Positions 1 to 9,448 of a DNA stretch of 64,000 nt are shown here, piece by piece. The DNA comes from an uncultured bacterium (GTDB lineage: Bacteria; Patescibacteriota; Dojkabacteria; J137). Both the position numbers and the translations under genes were made by a program. The stretch is taken from positions 445,511 to 509,510 of the forward strand of contig OY969472.1 in NCBI GenBank assembly GCA_963700155.1, given 5' to 3'. How positions within the stretch are numbered: the stretch's first letter is position 1; every line of letters begins with the position of its first letter. The notes under the pieces are model-generated. The model saw only the letters and a list, made by a program, of their open reading frames with translations, ran no database searches and was not told the DNA's origin.

Positions 1-713
1 TCTTCAGTTGCAACATCAATATTAGGAATATAATTCAATTCCAACTCCCAATAGTAATTATCTTTTAAAAATATTTCTATTTGCTCAACTGTTGATTTTA
101 TTGCTAAAGCGATTGAATCAAAGAAATCCCGCCTTTTTAAATATATTATCTTCGCAGTGCTAATAAGTTCAGTAGTCCAATAGTCCAACTCGTTTTTATT
201 TGAGCGTCCTTCCCTTATTTGTTTAATTAATGCATTCCTATTTTTTAATACTTTGTAGTATCTTTCGATTTGCTGTTTATAAATTTTATCAATCATACTA
301 AGATAATTATCAAGATCATTACGGCGAATACTTGGTTCACCACATACAAGATCAACCGAATTTGGAGCGAATATTAGAACAGGGTATCTTCCAATAACTT
401 TACTTATTGGGATTTTTTTCTGATCAATAGAGAATTTTCTAAAGAAAGTATTTTTAACTTGCGAGACAACAAGTTCAAGTTGATCATTATCCCAAGTTGT
501 TTGGACTCGGGAAAATTCTTTTCCTGGACCAATAAATTCGCCTATATGCTGAACAGGTTTAAATGAATTCCCTAATGCTGAATAATATATTGATTCAAGG
601 AAATTTGTCTTACCTGTAGAGTTTGGAGCAATTATAAGATTTGAAGTTTCTGAAATCGAATCTTTAAAATTTATAATATTTCTGTAATTTGTTATTTCAA
701 TATTCTTAAGCAT
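1..713 (-). CDS. recF: DNA replication/repair protein RecF (5' part, runs off window start)
   Basis: Not in the ORF track. Manual translation from ATG at 713 gives MLKNIEITNYRN...IIAPNSTGKTNFLESIY (Walker A) and FAPNSVDLVCGEPSIRRNDLD, both typical of RecF. Confidence 0.85.
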   Translation of the reverse strand, partial: MLKNIEITNYRNIINFKDSISETSNLIIAPNSTGKTNFLESIYYSALGNSFKPVQHIGEFIGPGKEFSRVQTTWDNDQLELVVSQVKNTFFRKFSIDQKKIPISKVIGRYPVLIFAPNSVDLVCGEPSIRRNDLDNYLSMIDKIYKQQIERYYKVLKNRNALIKQIREGRSNKNELDYWTTELISTAKIIYLKRRDFFDSIALAIKSTVEQIEIFLKDNYYWELELNYIPNIDVATE

Positions 714-754
714 AGCGGTTTAATTTTAGCAAAGATTAGGTAAAGAGGTTACTC

Positions 755-783
755 AAGAGGAGGAGCCTCTGGCTCCTCCTCTT
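755..783. repeat. Perfect 13-bp GC-rich inverted repeat between divergent genes
   Basis: AAGAGGAGGAGCC-TCT-GGCTCCTCCTCTT. Confidence 0.8.
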
Positions 784-824
784 AAGGTAAGCTATAATAC
801 TTCTTAGTTATCGATAAATATAAT

Positions 825-1898
825 ATGAAAATAGGGATTGATGGCTCGACTGTGACTAACAATAAGGCTGGAGTAGGGTACTATACCTTCAGTATGATTA
901 AAGCTTTAGAACAAGTAGATTCGAAAAATGAATATTTTGTGTTCACAAATAATTCTGAAAATTTTTTAGATCTAGAGTTAAAAGAAAACTTCCATATAGT
1001 TGAGATTAAGGCAAATAGAGCAGGATTTGCATGGATATTACAAGTAATAAAAAGACTCAATAAAGAAAAATTTGATGTGTTTTTCTCCACATCAAATTTT
1101 TCTTTTGCAATTTTTTACAACAAAACTGTTCAAGTTATTCACGACCTCGCTCCAGTTAAATATCCTGGATTTTTTACTTTGAAAGGTAGTCTAATGTACA
1201 GACTTCAACTGAATTCTTGTTTAAAAAGAGCAAAGGTTATCTTTACAACTACTGAGACTATAAAAAATGAGATAGTCGAATATAGTCCAGAGACAAAAGA
1301 TAAAGTTTATGTCGGTGGGTACGGAGTTCATGAATGGGTCTTTAAAGAAAGCAGTGAATTAGAACAAAATAATACTAAAGCTAAATATACACTTCCCGAG
1401 AACTATTTTCTTTCTGTTAGTACACTTGAACCAAGGAAAAATCATATAAATATGATTTTAGGATTTAATGAGTTTTTTAAAGAGAATTCCGATTATCATT
1501 ATGTAATTGTCGGGAAAAAAGGATGGTTTTATCAAAAGATATTTGAAACAGCAAAAAGTGTCGACGCATATGGGAACATACATTTTCTTGGTTATGTTCC
1601 GGAAGAAGATTTGGGAGCAATTTATGATTTATCAAAAGGCGTAGTTATGCTTAGTTTTTATGAAGGTATAGGCTTATCGACACAGGAAGGGATGATTCGT
1701 GGATTACCTATTTTGGCTTCTGATATTCCAGTCTTTCATGAAGTATTGGGTGAAAATGCAATTTTCTGTAATCTAGTAAAAAAGGATCTTATTAAAAAGG
1801 GATTTAATGAATTGAAAGAGAGGAATAAGTCAAATTTTATAACTAATAGTAGATATAACTGGAACTCTGCTGCACAAAAGCTTCTTGAGATTCTATAA
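825..1898 (+). CDS. Glycosyltransferase family 4 (GT-B, RfaB-like)
   Basis: MKIGID start, IHDL, VSTLEPRKNH and SFYEGIG...E...G.PILASDIP motifs. Confidence 0.9.
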   Translation: MKIGIDGSTVTNNKAGVGYYTFSMIKALEQVDSKNEYFVFTNNSENFLDLELKENFHIVEIKANRAGFAWILQVIKRLNKEKFDVFFSTSNFSFAIFYNKTVQVIHDLAPVKYPGFFTLKGSLMYRLQLNSCLKRAKVIFTTTETIKNEIVEYSPETKDKVYVGGYGVHEWVFKESSELEQNNTKAKYTLPENYFLSVSTLEPRKNHINMILGFNEFFKENSDYHYVIVGKKGWFYQKIFETAKSVDAYGNIHFLGYVPEEDLGAIYDLSKGVVMLSFYEGIGLSTQEGMIRGLPILASDIPVFHEVLGENAIFCNLVKKDLIKKGFNELKERNKSNFITNSRYNWNSAAQKLLEIL

Positions 1899-1937
1899 AT
1901 AATTGGTAAAATTTCAATTAAATCTTGCAAAAAGATA

Positions 1938-1966
1938 TTGACAAAGTTATTTTAGTAGGTTATTGT
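1938..1966 (+). promoter_or_regulatory. Sigma70-type promoter for the acidic protein-tig operon
   Basis: TTGACA-17 nt-TATTGT upstream of ATG 2010. Confidence 0.55.
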
Positions 1967-2009
1967 GCGGTCTAGTATTTTAAATTTTAAGATTTTATTC
2001 TTAAATAAG

Positions 2010-2363
2010 ATGGCAAAATCAAAGAAAAGAAACAAAAAATTGAATACGGATTTGAAAGATACCGCAGTTATCGACACAGCTGTTTTGGAACCTCTCAAAG
2101 ATATCGTTATAAGCGAAGATGATTCAGAAGGAAATCATGAAGATGAATCTTATACAATGGGAGATATTAAAGCTTCAGACGCAGATTATGATGATGAGGA
2201 TGAAGAGTTTAAAAAAGCTGCAAAAAATTTAAATAGTACTTCAAATGATGATGAAGAAGCAGAGTGGGTTGAAGAAGAAGAGTATAATACAAATGATGTT
2301 GATTCATTTTTAGATGAGGAGGATTATGACTTAGATAATCCAGATTATGACGATACTTATTAA
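2010..2363 (+). CDS. Low-complexity protein with basic N-terminus and very acidic tail
   Basis: ORF track 1965..2363; ATG 2010 preferred because it lies downstream of the promoter; MAKSKKRNKK followed by a D/E-rich tail. Confidence 0.7.
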   Translation: MAKSKKRNKKLNTDLKDTAVIDTAVLEPLKDIVISEDDSEGNHEDESYTMGDIKASDADYDDEDEEFKKAAKNLNSTSNDDEEAEWVEEEEYNTNDVDSFLDEEDYDLDNPDYDDTY

Positions 2364-2374
2364 TTTAAAGCTTA

Positions 2375-3454
2375 ATGACATATAAGAAATTAGAAAACGA
2401 GAAAAACAGATATAAATTTGAAGTAAAAGTTGATTATAAAGAATTTGAAAGTGAAAGAGAAAAAACCTTAAATGACTTGGCAAAAACAGTCAAAATTGCC
2501 GGTTTTAGGCCAGGTAAAGCACCAAAAGAAGCTGTAGAAAAAGAGGTCGGTTATAAAGCTTATCTTGATACAGTCAATAAAATTCTTCCAAAAGCTGCAA
2601 TAGAAGTTGTTGAAAAAGAGAATTTAAACCCACTTTCTTCATTTAATTACGATTTAAAAAATCTTGATAAAGATAAAGATGTTATTTTTACATTTGAGTT
2701 TTTTAATCAACCAGATATCAAAGCTGAAGACTTTAAGAAAATTAAAGTTAAATATAATGAACCAAAAATAGCTGAAGGAGAAGTTGATGTGGTAATAAAG
2801 AATATTATTAAGTCATCTCTTCCAAAAGAGAAATGGGAAAAGAGTATTAAAAAAGTAAAAAAGACTTCAAAAACCAAAGAAAGTGAGAAAGATAAAGAAT
2901 CTAAGCAAGATGAGGATATTGAAGTTACTGATGAGTTGGTCAAAGAGATTGGATATGAAGATGCTAAAACTTATGAAGAAATGAAAAAAAATGTTGAAGA
3001 AACATTAAACAGGATAAAGACTGAAGAAGCTGATAATGAATTTGCCTCACATGTTGTCGAAGAAGCAATTAAGATAGCTGATTTCGGTATTCCAGAAGAG
3101 CTTGTTGAACATGAGGCAGAACATAAAGAAGAGCATTTTAAAGAAAGATTGAGAGAATTAAAACTGGACCAAAATATGTATCTAAAAACTCAAAATACTA
3201 GCTTAGATGATCTTAGAAAAACTTGGAAAGAAGAAGCCTTGAATAATCTTAAATCTGATCTTTTATTAATAAACCTAGCTGTTAGTGAGAATCTCACTCC
3301 AAGTGATGAAGAAGTAGAAAAAGAAATCGAAAAGATTGAAGATCCAAACTTAAAAGAGCGATATAAAAATAACGAAAACAATAAGAACTATTTAAAAACT
3401 TCAATTACAAGAGTGAATGGTTTGAAAAAACTTATTGAAATAGCAAAGAAATAA
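2375..3454 (+). CDS. tig: Trigger factor, FKBP PPIase domain apparently absent
   Basis: GFRPGKAP ribosome-binding motif and SurA-like C-domain; 359 aa, with a charged linker where FKBP would be. Confidence 0.9.
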   Translation: MTYKKLENEKNRYKFEVKVDYKEFESEREKTLNDLAKTVKIAGFRPGKAPKEAVEKEVGYKAYLDTVNKILPKAAIEVVEKENLNPLSSFNYDLKNLDKDKDVIFTFEFFNQPDIKAEDFKKIKVKYNEPKIAEGEVDVVIKNIIKSSLPKEKWEKSIKKVKKTSKTKESEKDKESKQDEDIEVTDELVKEIGYEDAKTYEEMKKNVEETLNRIKTEEADNEFASHVVEEAIKIADFGIPEELVEHEAEHKEEHFKERLRELKLDQNMYLKTQNTSLDDLRKTWKEEALNNLKSDLLLINLAVSENLTPSDEEVEKEIEKIEDPNLKERYKNNENNKNYLKTSITRVNGLKKLIEIAKK

Positions 3455-4105
3455 TTACTTCATTTGGAAAACTTTCTTTCTAAATAGAGTTATTAAGAAA
3501 AGAGAAAGTACAGAAGTCCACAAAGCAATTCCTAATGTAACTTGTCTTAAATTTGGTACATCTTCATCTAGAATAAGCAAAGTTGAGTCTCCAAAATTTC
3601 CTTTTGAATCTTCTTCAACAATGCTTTTTGAAGCATCTTGAATTTCTTTTGCAGCATCAGCATTTAAAGATGAATCAAGATTAATTTGAGCATTTAAACC
3701 TGAAATAATTTTTTCACCTTGTGTATATCTAGAAAGATTAACTGCCTGCCCTGTAAAGGTCTGGGAGAGGGGATTCAATTTTCCTGGTTTTACTTTAACA
3801 ACGATATTATCCCCATATTCTTTTAGTGCTGTGTAATAAAATTGAATCCCCTCTGTACTAATACTATCTTTAGCTTCTTCTGATACTTGTTTTAACAGAT
3901 CTGGAGTTCCAGTGATTTGAATAACACTATTTTCCGCAATTGAATCTTTTACTGAAGCATAATTATCTGCAGTTACTACTTTTACTTCTGATTGCGCTAA
4001 ATCTAAAGAGCTTTTATTTAGAAGATAAACAACAGTAAAAGATATTGTAGTAAAAACAAAAATATATGCTAGCGTTTTTATTATTTTTAGTAGTATTTGA
4101 TTCAT
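3455..4105 (-). CDS. Hypothetical membrane protein with N- and C-terminal TM helices
   Basis: 216 aa ORF with hydrophobic ends, 3 nt downstream of trpS. Confidence 0.7.
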   Translation of the reverse strand: MNQILLKIIKTLAYIFVFTTISFTVVYLLNKSSLDLAQSEVKVVTADNYASVKDSIAENSVIQITGTPDLLKQVSEEAKDSISTEGIQFYYTALKEYGDNIVVKVKPGKLNPLSQTFTGQAVNLSRYTQGEKIISGLNAQINLDSSLNADAAKEIQDASKSIVEEDSKGNFGDSTLLILDEDVPNLRQVTLGIALWTSVLSLFLITLFRKKVFQMK

Positions 4106-4108
4106 ATA

Positions 4109-5134
4109 TTAGAAATAATCTATTCCCATCGCCTCTCTAACTAAATACATTGTTTTTTCTGCTTCTTCTTTTACCTTTTCATTTCCAGCACGAAGAAGTT
4201 CAATTACATCATTTTTATTTTTTTCATAATAGGATCTTTTTTCACGAATTGGATCAAGAAAGTTATTAAGTGCTTTTTCTAGTTTATCTTTTACTTCAAC
4301 ATCTCCAACTTTCCCTTCTTTGTATCTTTTCTTCAGATCAGCAACTTCTTCTTTATTTGGATTGAAAGAATCGTGATAAATAAAGACCGGATTACCTTCT
4401 ACTTTCCCTGGATCAGTAGCTTTAACTCTATTTGGATCAGTATACATCTTTTTTATTTTCTGCCTAACTTCATTCTCATCATCACTTAAATATATTGCAT
4501 TCCCGAGGCTTTTGCTCATTTTGGCATTTCCATCAATTCCAACTAGTCTTCCGACTTTAGAATAAATACCTTCGACATCTTTAAAAAGATCAGTCTTATA
4601 TGTTTTGTTAAAAGCCTTTCCTATTTTATTTGTTAATTCAATCATTGGACGTTGATCATCTCCTACGGGAACTGCCTCAGCTCTTAAAATTAAAATATCT
4701 GCTGCTTGACTCACTGGATATCCTATGAATCCAAATGGAGGATTTCCGTTAAATCGAGCCTGTTTTTGTTTAACTTCATCCTTAACTGTAGGATTTCTTA
4801 GAACTTCTTCTAATGTAACAAGATTCATAAAATACATATTTAACTCTGGAATTTGTGGAATCATCGATTGTACAAAAATAGTAGTTACTGAAGGATCAAT
4901 GCCAACAGAAAGGTAGTCCATGGCAACCTCTAAAATATTATTTCTGATCTTTTGAACATTATCATAGTTATCCGTTAGTGCTTGAACATCGGCTAACATA
5001 ATATAAGTTTCATATTCATGTTGAAGTTTTACTCTATTTTTAAGTGATCCAATGTAGTGGCCGAGATGTAACTTCCCAGTCGGTCTATCACCTGTTAAGA
5101 TTCGCTTTTTTGTTAAATTATTTGTTTCAGACAT
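4109..5134 (-). CDS. trpS: Tryptophan--tRNA ligase
   Basis: [30 protein letters not shown]. Confidence 0.97.
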   Translation of the reverse strand: MSETNNLTKKRILTGDRPTGKLHLGHYIGSLKNRVKLQHEYETYIMLADVQALTDNYDNVQKIRNNILEVAMDYLSVGIDPSVTTIFVQSMIPQIPELNMYFMNLVTLEEVLRNPTVKDEVKQKQARFNGNPPFGFIGYPVSQAADILILRAEAVPVGDDQRPMIELTNKIGKAFNKTYKTDLFKDVEGIYSKVGRLVGIDGNAKMSKSLGNAIYLSDDENEVRQKIKKMYTDPNRVKATDPGKVEGNPVFIYHDSFNPNKEEVADLKKRYKEGKVGDVEVKDKLEKALNNFLDPIREKRSYYEKNKNDVIELLRAGNEKVKEEAEKTMYLVREAMGIDYF

Positions 5135-5209
5135 AAAAATTTTAATAATAGTTAATAAATATTAATGTAAAAGTAAAAAAGAATAAAGAGGGTATAGAAA
5201 AGAAGGGCG

Positions 5210-5257
5210 TTAAGCCCAGAAGAATAGAGCAGAGTTAGCGATTAAATTTCTTTTCAT
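5210..5257 (-). CDS. Putative Trp leader peptide MKRNLIANSALFFWA
   Basis: Manually translated 15-codon ORF upstream of trpS; the penultimate TGG overlaps a GGGC-TTAAC-GCCC hairpin that is followed by TTCTTTTCT. Confidence 0.6.
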   Translation of the reverse strand: MKRNLIANSALFFWA

Positions 5258-5264
5258 AATCAAG

Positions 5265-5273
5265 ATTATAGCA
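5265..5273 (-). promoter_or_regulatory. Extended -10 promoter of the trpS leader
   Basis: TGC-TATAAT 7 nt before the leader ATG. Confidence 0.65.
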
Positions 5274-5492
5274 GGTTAGGGAAATAGAGACTAGTAGGAC
5301 AGATAATATATTTATATTGATAGAACTTTGTAAGAAAATTTATAACTAAAGATAATTAAGGTAGTTTACTTTTGGATACTCCTTTTATTTACAATACATA
5401 GAAAGCACCAAAAATACACATTTTCGTGCTGAAAGTGTGCCTTCTATCTATTGTAAAAGTGCAAGGTCAAGTTTTGATAAGTTTAATTATTA

Positions 5493-6884
5493 CTATAATA
5501 AAGCTGGATTGGAAGGCTTATTCTGCCTTATACCATTTATATGTTTTTCAAGAATCAGAAATTTTTCTTTTAGTAATTCTTCACTTAAAGCTTCAACATT
5601 CAGCCTTAAAACATTTTCAGTACTTGAAGATCTTAAATTAAATCTCCAATCAGGATATTCAATACTAATTCCATCTATCTCAGATAGTTTACCATCAGAG
5701 TATTCAGATCTTATTGTTTCTATTACTTTTTCCTGATTATCAGATTTGTAATTTACCTCACCTGAATTATGATAATTTGCATATAAATAATCTAACTCTT
5801 TTTCAAAATTCATACCTTGTGATAAAAGCTTGAACATTATGGCAATTGAAGTCATTCCGCTATCTGCATAATAATAATTTTTATAATAGAAGTGTGAGGT
5901 AAATTCAGCACCAAATACTGCATCTTCTTCTCTCATCTTTTCTTTAAAAAAAGAATGCCCAGCCCTACAAGCAATAGGAGCTCCTCCTAGCTTTTCAACT
6001 TCTTTAACTATTGGCCAGATAACTCTTACATCATGGATGATTTTTGCTCCTTTATTTTTTTTAACAAAATGTTTTGCAAAAATCGCTGCTGTAAAAGTTC
6101 CTTCAGGATGTCTTCCTCTGGAGTCTATAAAGAAGACTCTATCTGCATCACCATCAATTGCTATTCCTAGATCTGCTTTTAATTCTAAAACTTTAGCTTT
6201 CAAGTCTTTAACATTTTCTTCCTTCACTGGATCTGGTGAGTGATGCGGGAAACGGCCATCGGGTTCAAAGTATAATTTTGTTAAATCTAAATTTAAATCT
6301 TCAAATACATAATCAAATACCTTCCCTCCGATGCCGTTTCCCGCATCCACAACAATTTTCATTGGATTAACTCCAATTCCTTCCAAATTTGAAAGTATCT
6401 TTTCCTTAAAAGAAGGATAAATATCTTTATCTTCAACCTTTCCAATCTCAGAACTATTCATATATTCTCCGGAGATCATAATATTTTCAATCTCTTTTAA
6501 TCCCGAGACTTCACTAATTGCTGTTGCATCTTTTCCAACCATTTTACATCCATTCCATCCAGCCGGATTATGCGAAGCTGTAATTGAAACACCTCCATCT
6601 AACTTGGTATCAGACCCAACAGCAAAGTAGAGCATTTCCGTTGCAATCTCTCCTATTCTAAAGACATTACAACCACATTCAGTTGCTCCTTTAATAAATT
6701 GTTTAGAATATCTTATACTTTCATTTCTTATGTCAAATCCAACTGCAATATTTTTTGCTTTTAGAAAAGTTACAAAGGCTTTCCCAAGATTATAATAAAA
6801 TTCATCGTCTAATTGCGTTTCAGTCAAACCACGAATATCGTAAGCTTTAAATACTTTATCTAAATCTTCTGCAGTATATTTCAT
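5493..6884 (-). CDS. manB: Phosphomannomutase/phosphoglucomutase
   Basis: FKAYDIRG, TASHNP phosphoserine loop, DGDADR metal loop. Confidence 0.92.
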   Translation of the reverse strand: MKYTAEDLDKVFKAYDIRGLTETQLDDEFYYNLGKAFVTFLKAKNIAVGFDIRNESIRYSKQFIKGATECGCNVFRIGEIATEMLYFAVGSDTKLDGGVSITASHNPAGWNGCKMVGKDATAISEVSGLKEIENIMISGEYMNSSEIGKVEDKDIYPSFKEKILSNLEGIGVNPMKIVVDAGNGIGGKVFDYVFEDLNLDLTKLYFEPDGRFPHHSPDPVKEENVKDLKAKVLELKADLGIAIDGDADRVFFIDSRGRHPEGTFTAAIFAKHFVKKNKGAKIIHDVRVIWPIVKEVEKLGGAPIACRAGHSFFKEKMREEDAVFGAEFTSHFYYKNYYYADSGMTSIAIMFKLLSQGMNFEKELDYLYANYHNSGEVNYKSDNQEKVIETIRSEYSDGKLSEIDGISIEYPDWRFNLRSSSTENVLRLNVEALSEELLKEKFLILEKHINGIRQNKPSNPALL

Positions 6885-6910
6885 TATAAAATTTATAAAG
6901 TTAAATAATT

Positions 6911-7591
6911 TTATCGAACTTGGAGTGCTAATTCTTCATCTTCACAGTTAAGAATTAACTTTCCATCTTGATCTATTATCCCTTTTTGGAGCATATAATT
7001 CCATGCTTTTTCAATTCTGCCTACATATTGACTGCCAAAGAAATCCTTATCTTTATCATTTAATAAATCTGAAAACAATTCTCCTTCTGCAGTAATTTCT
7101 CCACCTATTCTAAACCAATTTTGTAGAATATATGCCTTTTCGAATATATCTTTTAATTCTTTTGGATTCAAATGAGAAATTAAGCCTTTCTTGAAGGCTT
7201 TCAATAAAACTACCAGTGGATGACGTTCAACTTCAATTTTATAAACATTTCTATTTACCCCTAAATATGGGATTTGTGATTTCGGGTAATCACCTGTTCC
7301 TATTGTTTTTGGGAAGATATTTATTCCTAAATTTTCATTTAAGATTCTCATTAATTTTCTACCATCAAATTCTGTACCTAAAATATCATCTAAAAGAAAT
7401 AGATCAAATTCTTCCCAAGAGATATGTTGTAGTCTTTCGATTAATTCTTCCTCAGGTAAATAACTATTAAGAGTCATTCTACTTCCTAACTTATCATTTC
7501 CTAATATTTCTACTTGAATACCTAATGCTTTTAAAGTCGCTGACATAAATTCAGCTTTATCGTATTCGTCTTCGATAATTAAAACTTTCAT
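6911..7591 (-). CDS. Protein with degenerate receiver (REC)-like N-terminus
   Basis: MKVLIIEDE and FDLFLLDDILG...DG; C-terminal half unrecognised. Confidence 0.5.
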   Translation of the reverse strand: MKVLIIEDEYDKAEFMSATLKALGIQVEILGNDKLGSRMTLNSYLPEEELIERLQHISWEEFDLFLLDDILGTEFDGRKLMRILNENLGINIFPKTIGTGDYPKSQIPYLGVNRNVYKIEVERHPLVVLLKAFKKGLISHLNPKELKDIFEKAYILQNWFRIGGEITAEGELFSDLLNDKDKDFFGSQYVGRIEKAWNYMLQKGIIDQDGKLILNCEDEELALQVR

Positions 7592-7627
7592 ATCTTTTAA
7601 CTACTAATTTATAGAGTCGATTATAGC

Positions 7628-8704
7628 CTAAGCTTTCAGAATTTTGTACACTCGAATCTCCCTAGCTTGTTTATCTTTAATAATGAAGTCTGCATAGTAG
7701 TATTGGATTTTTTCGAAGAATTTTTCATCAAGATTCATAACCACACTCGGCCATTCTACAGCAATAATATTCCCAGGTTTTACCCATTCTTCAAATCTTA
7801 AAAGGTCAAGGTCTTCTTTTGTTTGAATCCTCCAGGCATCCATATGAAAAAGTTTATGATTTTCACCAAATTTATATTCATTAACATAGTTGTAAGTTGG
7901 AGATTTTATTACACGATCTATTCCTAAACCCTTGGCAGTCCCTTTTGTAAATTGGGTTTTCCCAGCTCCAAGCTCTCCATTCAATAGAATTAAAATAGGG
8001 GAAGAAGTTAGTTCTGGAAGTTTATTTTTTATAAAAATTTCTCCTTGCGAAATAGTTTCTTCTACGGAATTTGAAACGTAAGTTTCAAATTCCGTGACCT
8101 TTGTTGGATCAATTCTTCCTTCTCTATGAACTTTTAAATCTTCAGATGTTGTATCTATCACAGTTGTAGGAGGATTATGTGGAAGTTCTCCAGCATCTAT
8201 AACTAGATCAATTAAATCCCTCTGCTTTTCAGAAATATTATTCAAAATGTCATTAACAGTATATGGAGTTTTTTTTCCAGTCAAATTTGCTGATGTCACT
8301 GTAATAGGCTTACCAAACCTAGAAATTAAATCTAACAAAAATTTAAAATTTGGAATTCTTACTCCTAATGTGTGAGATTCAGACTCGAGTCTTGAATCAA
8401 CTTTATTTTTAGAATTTGAAACTATTGTGACAGCGCCCGGAAGGAATTTCTTGTATAAATTTTGAGCAACTGAGTTAAGCTCAACATATTCTTCTGCCAT
8501 TTCTTTATTCAAAACTGCAATAGGAATTGCCCTTCCTTCCGGGCGCTTCTTATACTCTAATAATTTAGTAACTGCAGTATGATTTGTTGCATCAACTGCA
8601 ACCCCATAACAAGTTTCCGAAGGAAATATTACTAATTTCCCATTATTTAAACACTTTACACTTTCTTCTATATTTTTTGGGTCTTCTAAACTGATTGTTT
8701 TCAT
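7628..8704 (-). CDS. Fused TsaC (YrdC/Sua5)-TsaE t6A biosynthesis protein
   Basis: N-terminal FPSETCYG, KKRP, PGAVT, TSAN (TsaC); C-terminal GELGAGKT, SPTY, HMDAWR, VEWP (TsaE). Confidence 0.9.
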   Translation of the reverse strand: MKTISLEDPKNIEESVKCLNNGKLVIFPSETCYGVAVDATNHTAVTKLLEYKKRPEGRAIPIAVLNKEMAEEYVELNSVAQNLYKKFLPGAVTIVSNSKNKVDSRLESESHTLGVRIPNFKFLLDLISRFGKPITVTSANLTGKKTPYTVNDILNNISEKQRDLIDLVIDAGELPHNPPTTVIDTTSEDLKVHREGRIDPTKVTEFETYVSNSVEETISQGEIFIKNKLPELTSSPILILLNGELGAGKTQFTKGTAKGLGIDRVIKSPTYNYVNEYKFGENHKLFHMDAWRIQTKEDLDLLRFEEWVKPGNIIAVEWPSVVMNLDEKFFEKIQYYYADFIIKDKQAREIRVYKILKA

Positions 8705-8833
8705 AACGAAGCATTATAGCAAAATAGAAGTTTAAGAAAGAATATAATAAGAACTTCTTGGTATACTTAATTTAAAATTTCAATGCAAATCACAATTTGT
8801 GATATGCTCTAAAAATCTTATGTAAATTTAAAA

Positions 8834-9370
8834 ATGAGTAATAATACAATTGAACTTGAAAATATAACCGAAGCTATATATTACATCAGAGGGATGAAGG
8901 TAATGTTGGATTTTGATCTTGCATCATTGTATGGAGTTGAGAACAGAGCTCTAAAACAGCAGGTTCGAAGAAATTTGGATAGATTCCCAGAAGATTTTAT
9001 GTTTGAGCTAACTAGGGAAGAGTGGACTGAGCAAGTCACAAACAGTGACTTGCTCAAAAAATTTAAATTTATAAAGACACCTCCTTTTGCATTTACAGAG
9101 CAGGGAGTTGCGATGCTATCTAGTGTTCTTCGAAGTACACGAGCTATCCAAATTAATATCTCTATTATGCGCGCTTTTGTTGAAGTTAGGAAATCAATTG
9201 GCAGAAATAATGTTATTACCAAAAAATTATCTGAGCTCGAAAAGCGCGCGGATCTAAAATTTCTTCAATATGATGAACAGTTCAGAATTATTATGGAAAT
9301 AATACAAGGAATGAATAATGAAGATTCAGAAAAAAATAATCGAAAGATTGGCTTCAAAACAGATTTATAG
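8834..9370 (+). CDS. ORF6N domain-containing DNA-binding protein
   Basis: VMLDFDLASLYGV, RFPEDFMF, AFTEQGVAMLSSVL, C-terminal IGF. Confidence 0.9.
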   Translation: MSNNTIELENITEAIYYIRGMKVMLDFDLASLYGVENRALKQQVRRNLDRFPEDFMFELTREEWTEQVTNSDLLKKFKFIKTPPFAFTEQGVAMLSSVLRSTRAIQINISIMRAFVEVRKSIGRNNVITKKLSELEKRADLKFLQYDEQFRIIMEIIQGMNNEDSEKNNRKIGFKTDL

Positions 9371-9448
9371 AAGAGTTTCACAATATTTAATATGTTGACT
9401 TAGTCATTTTTTTTGATTAAATTGTACTCAGTAAGTATTTACAAAAAT

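Noticed and set aside
5135-5492. T-box upstream of trpS
   Set aside because: No GGTGGNACC-like antiterminator on the minus strand; a leader peptide is seen instead.
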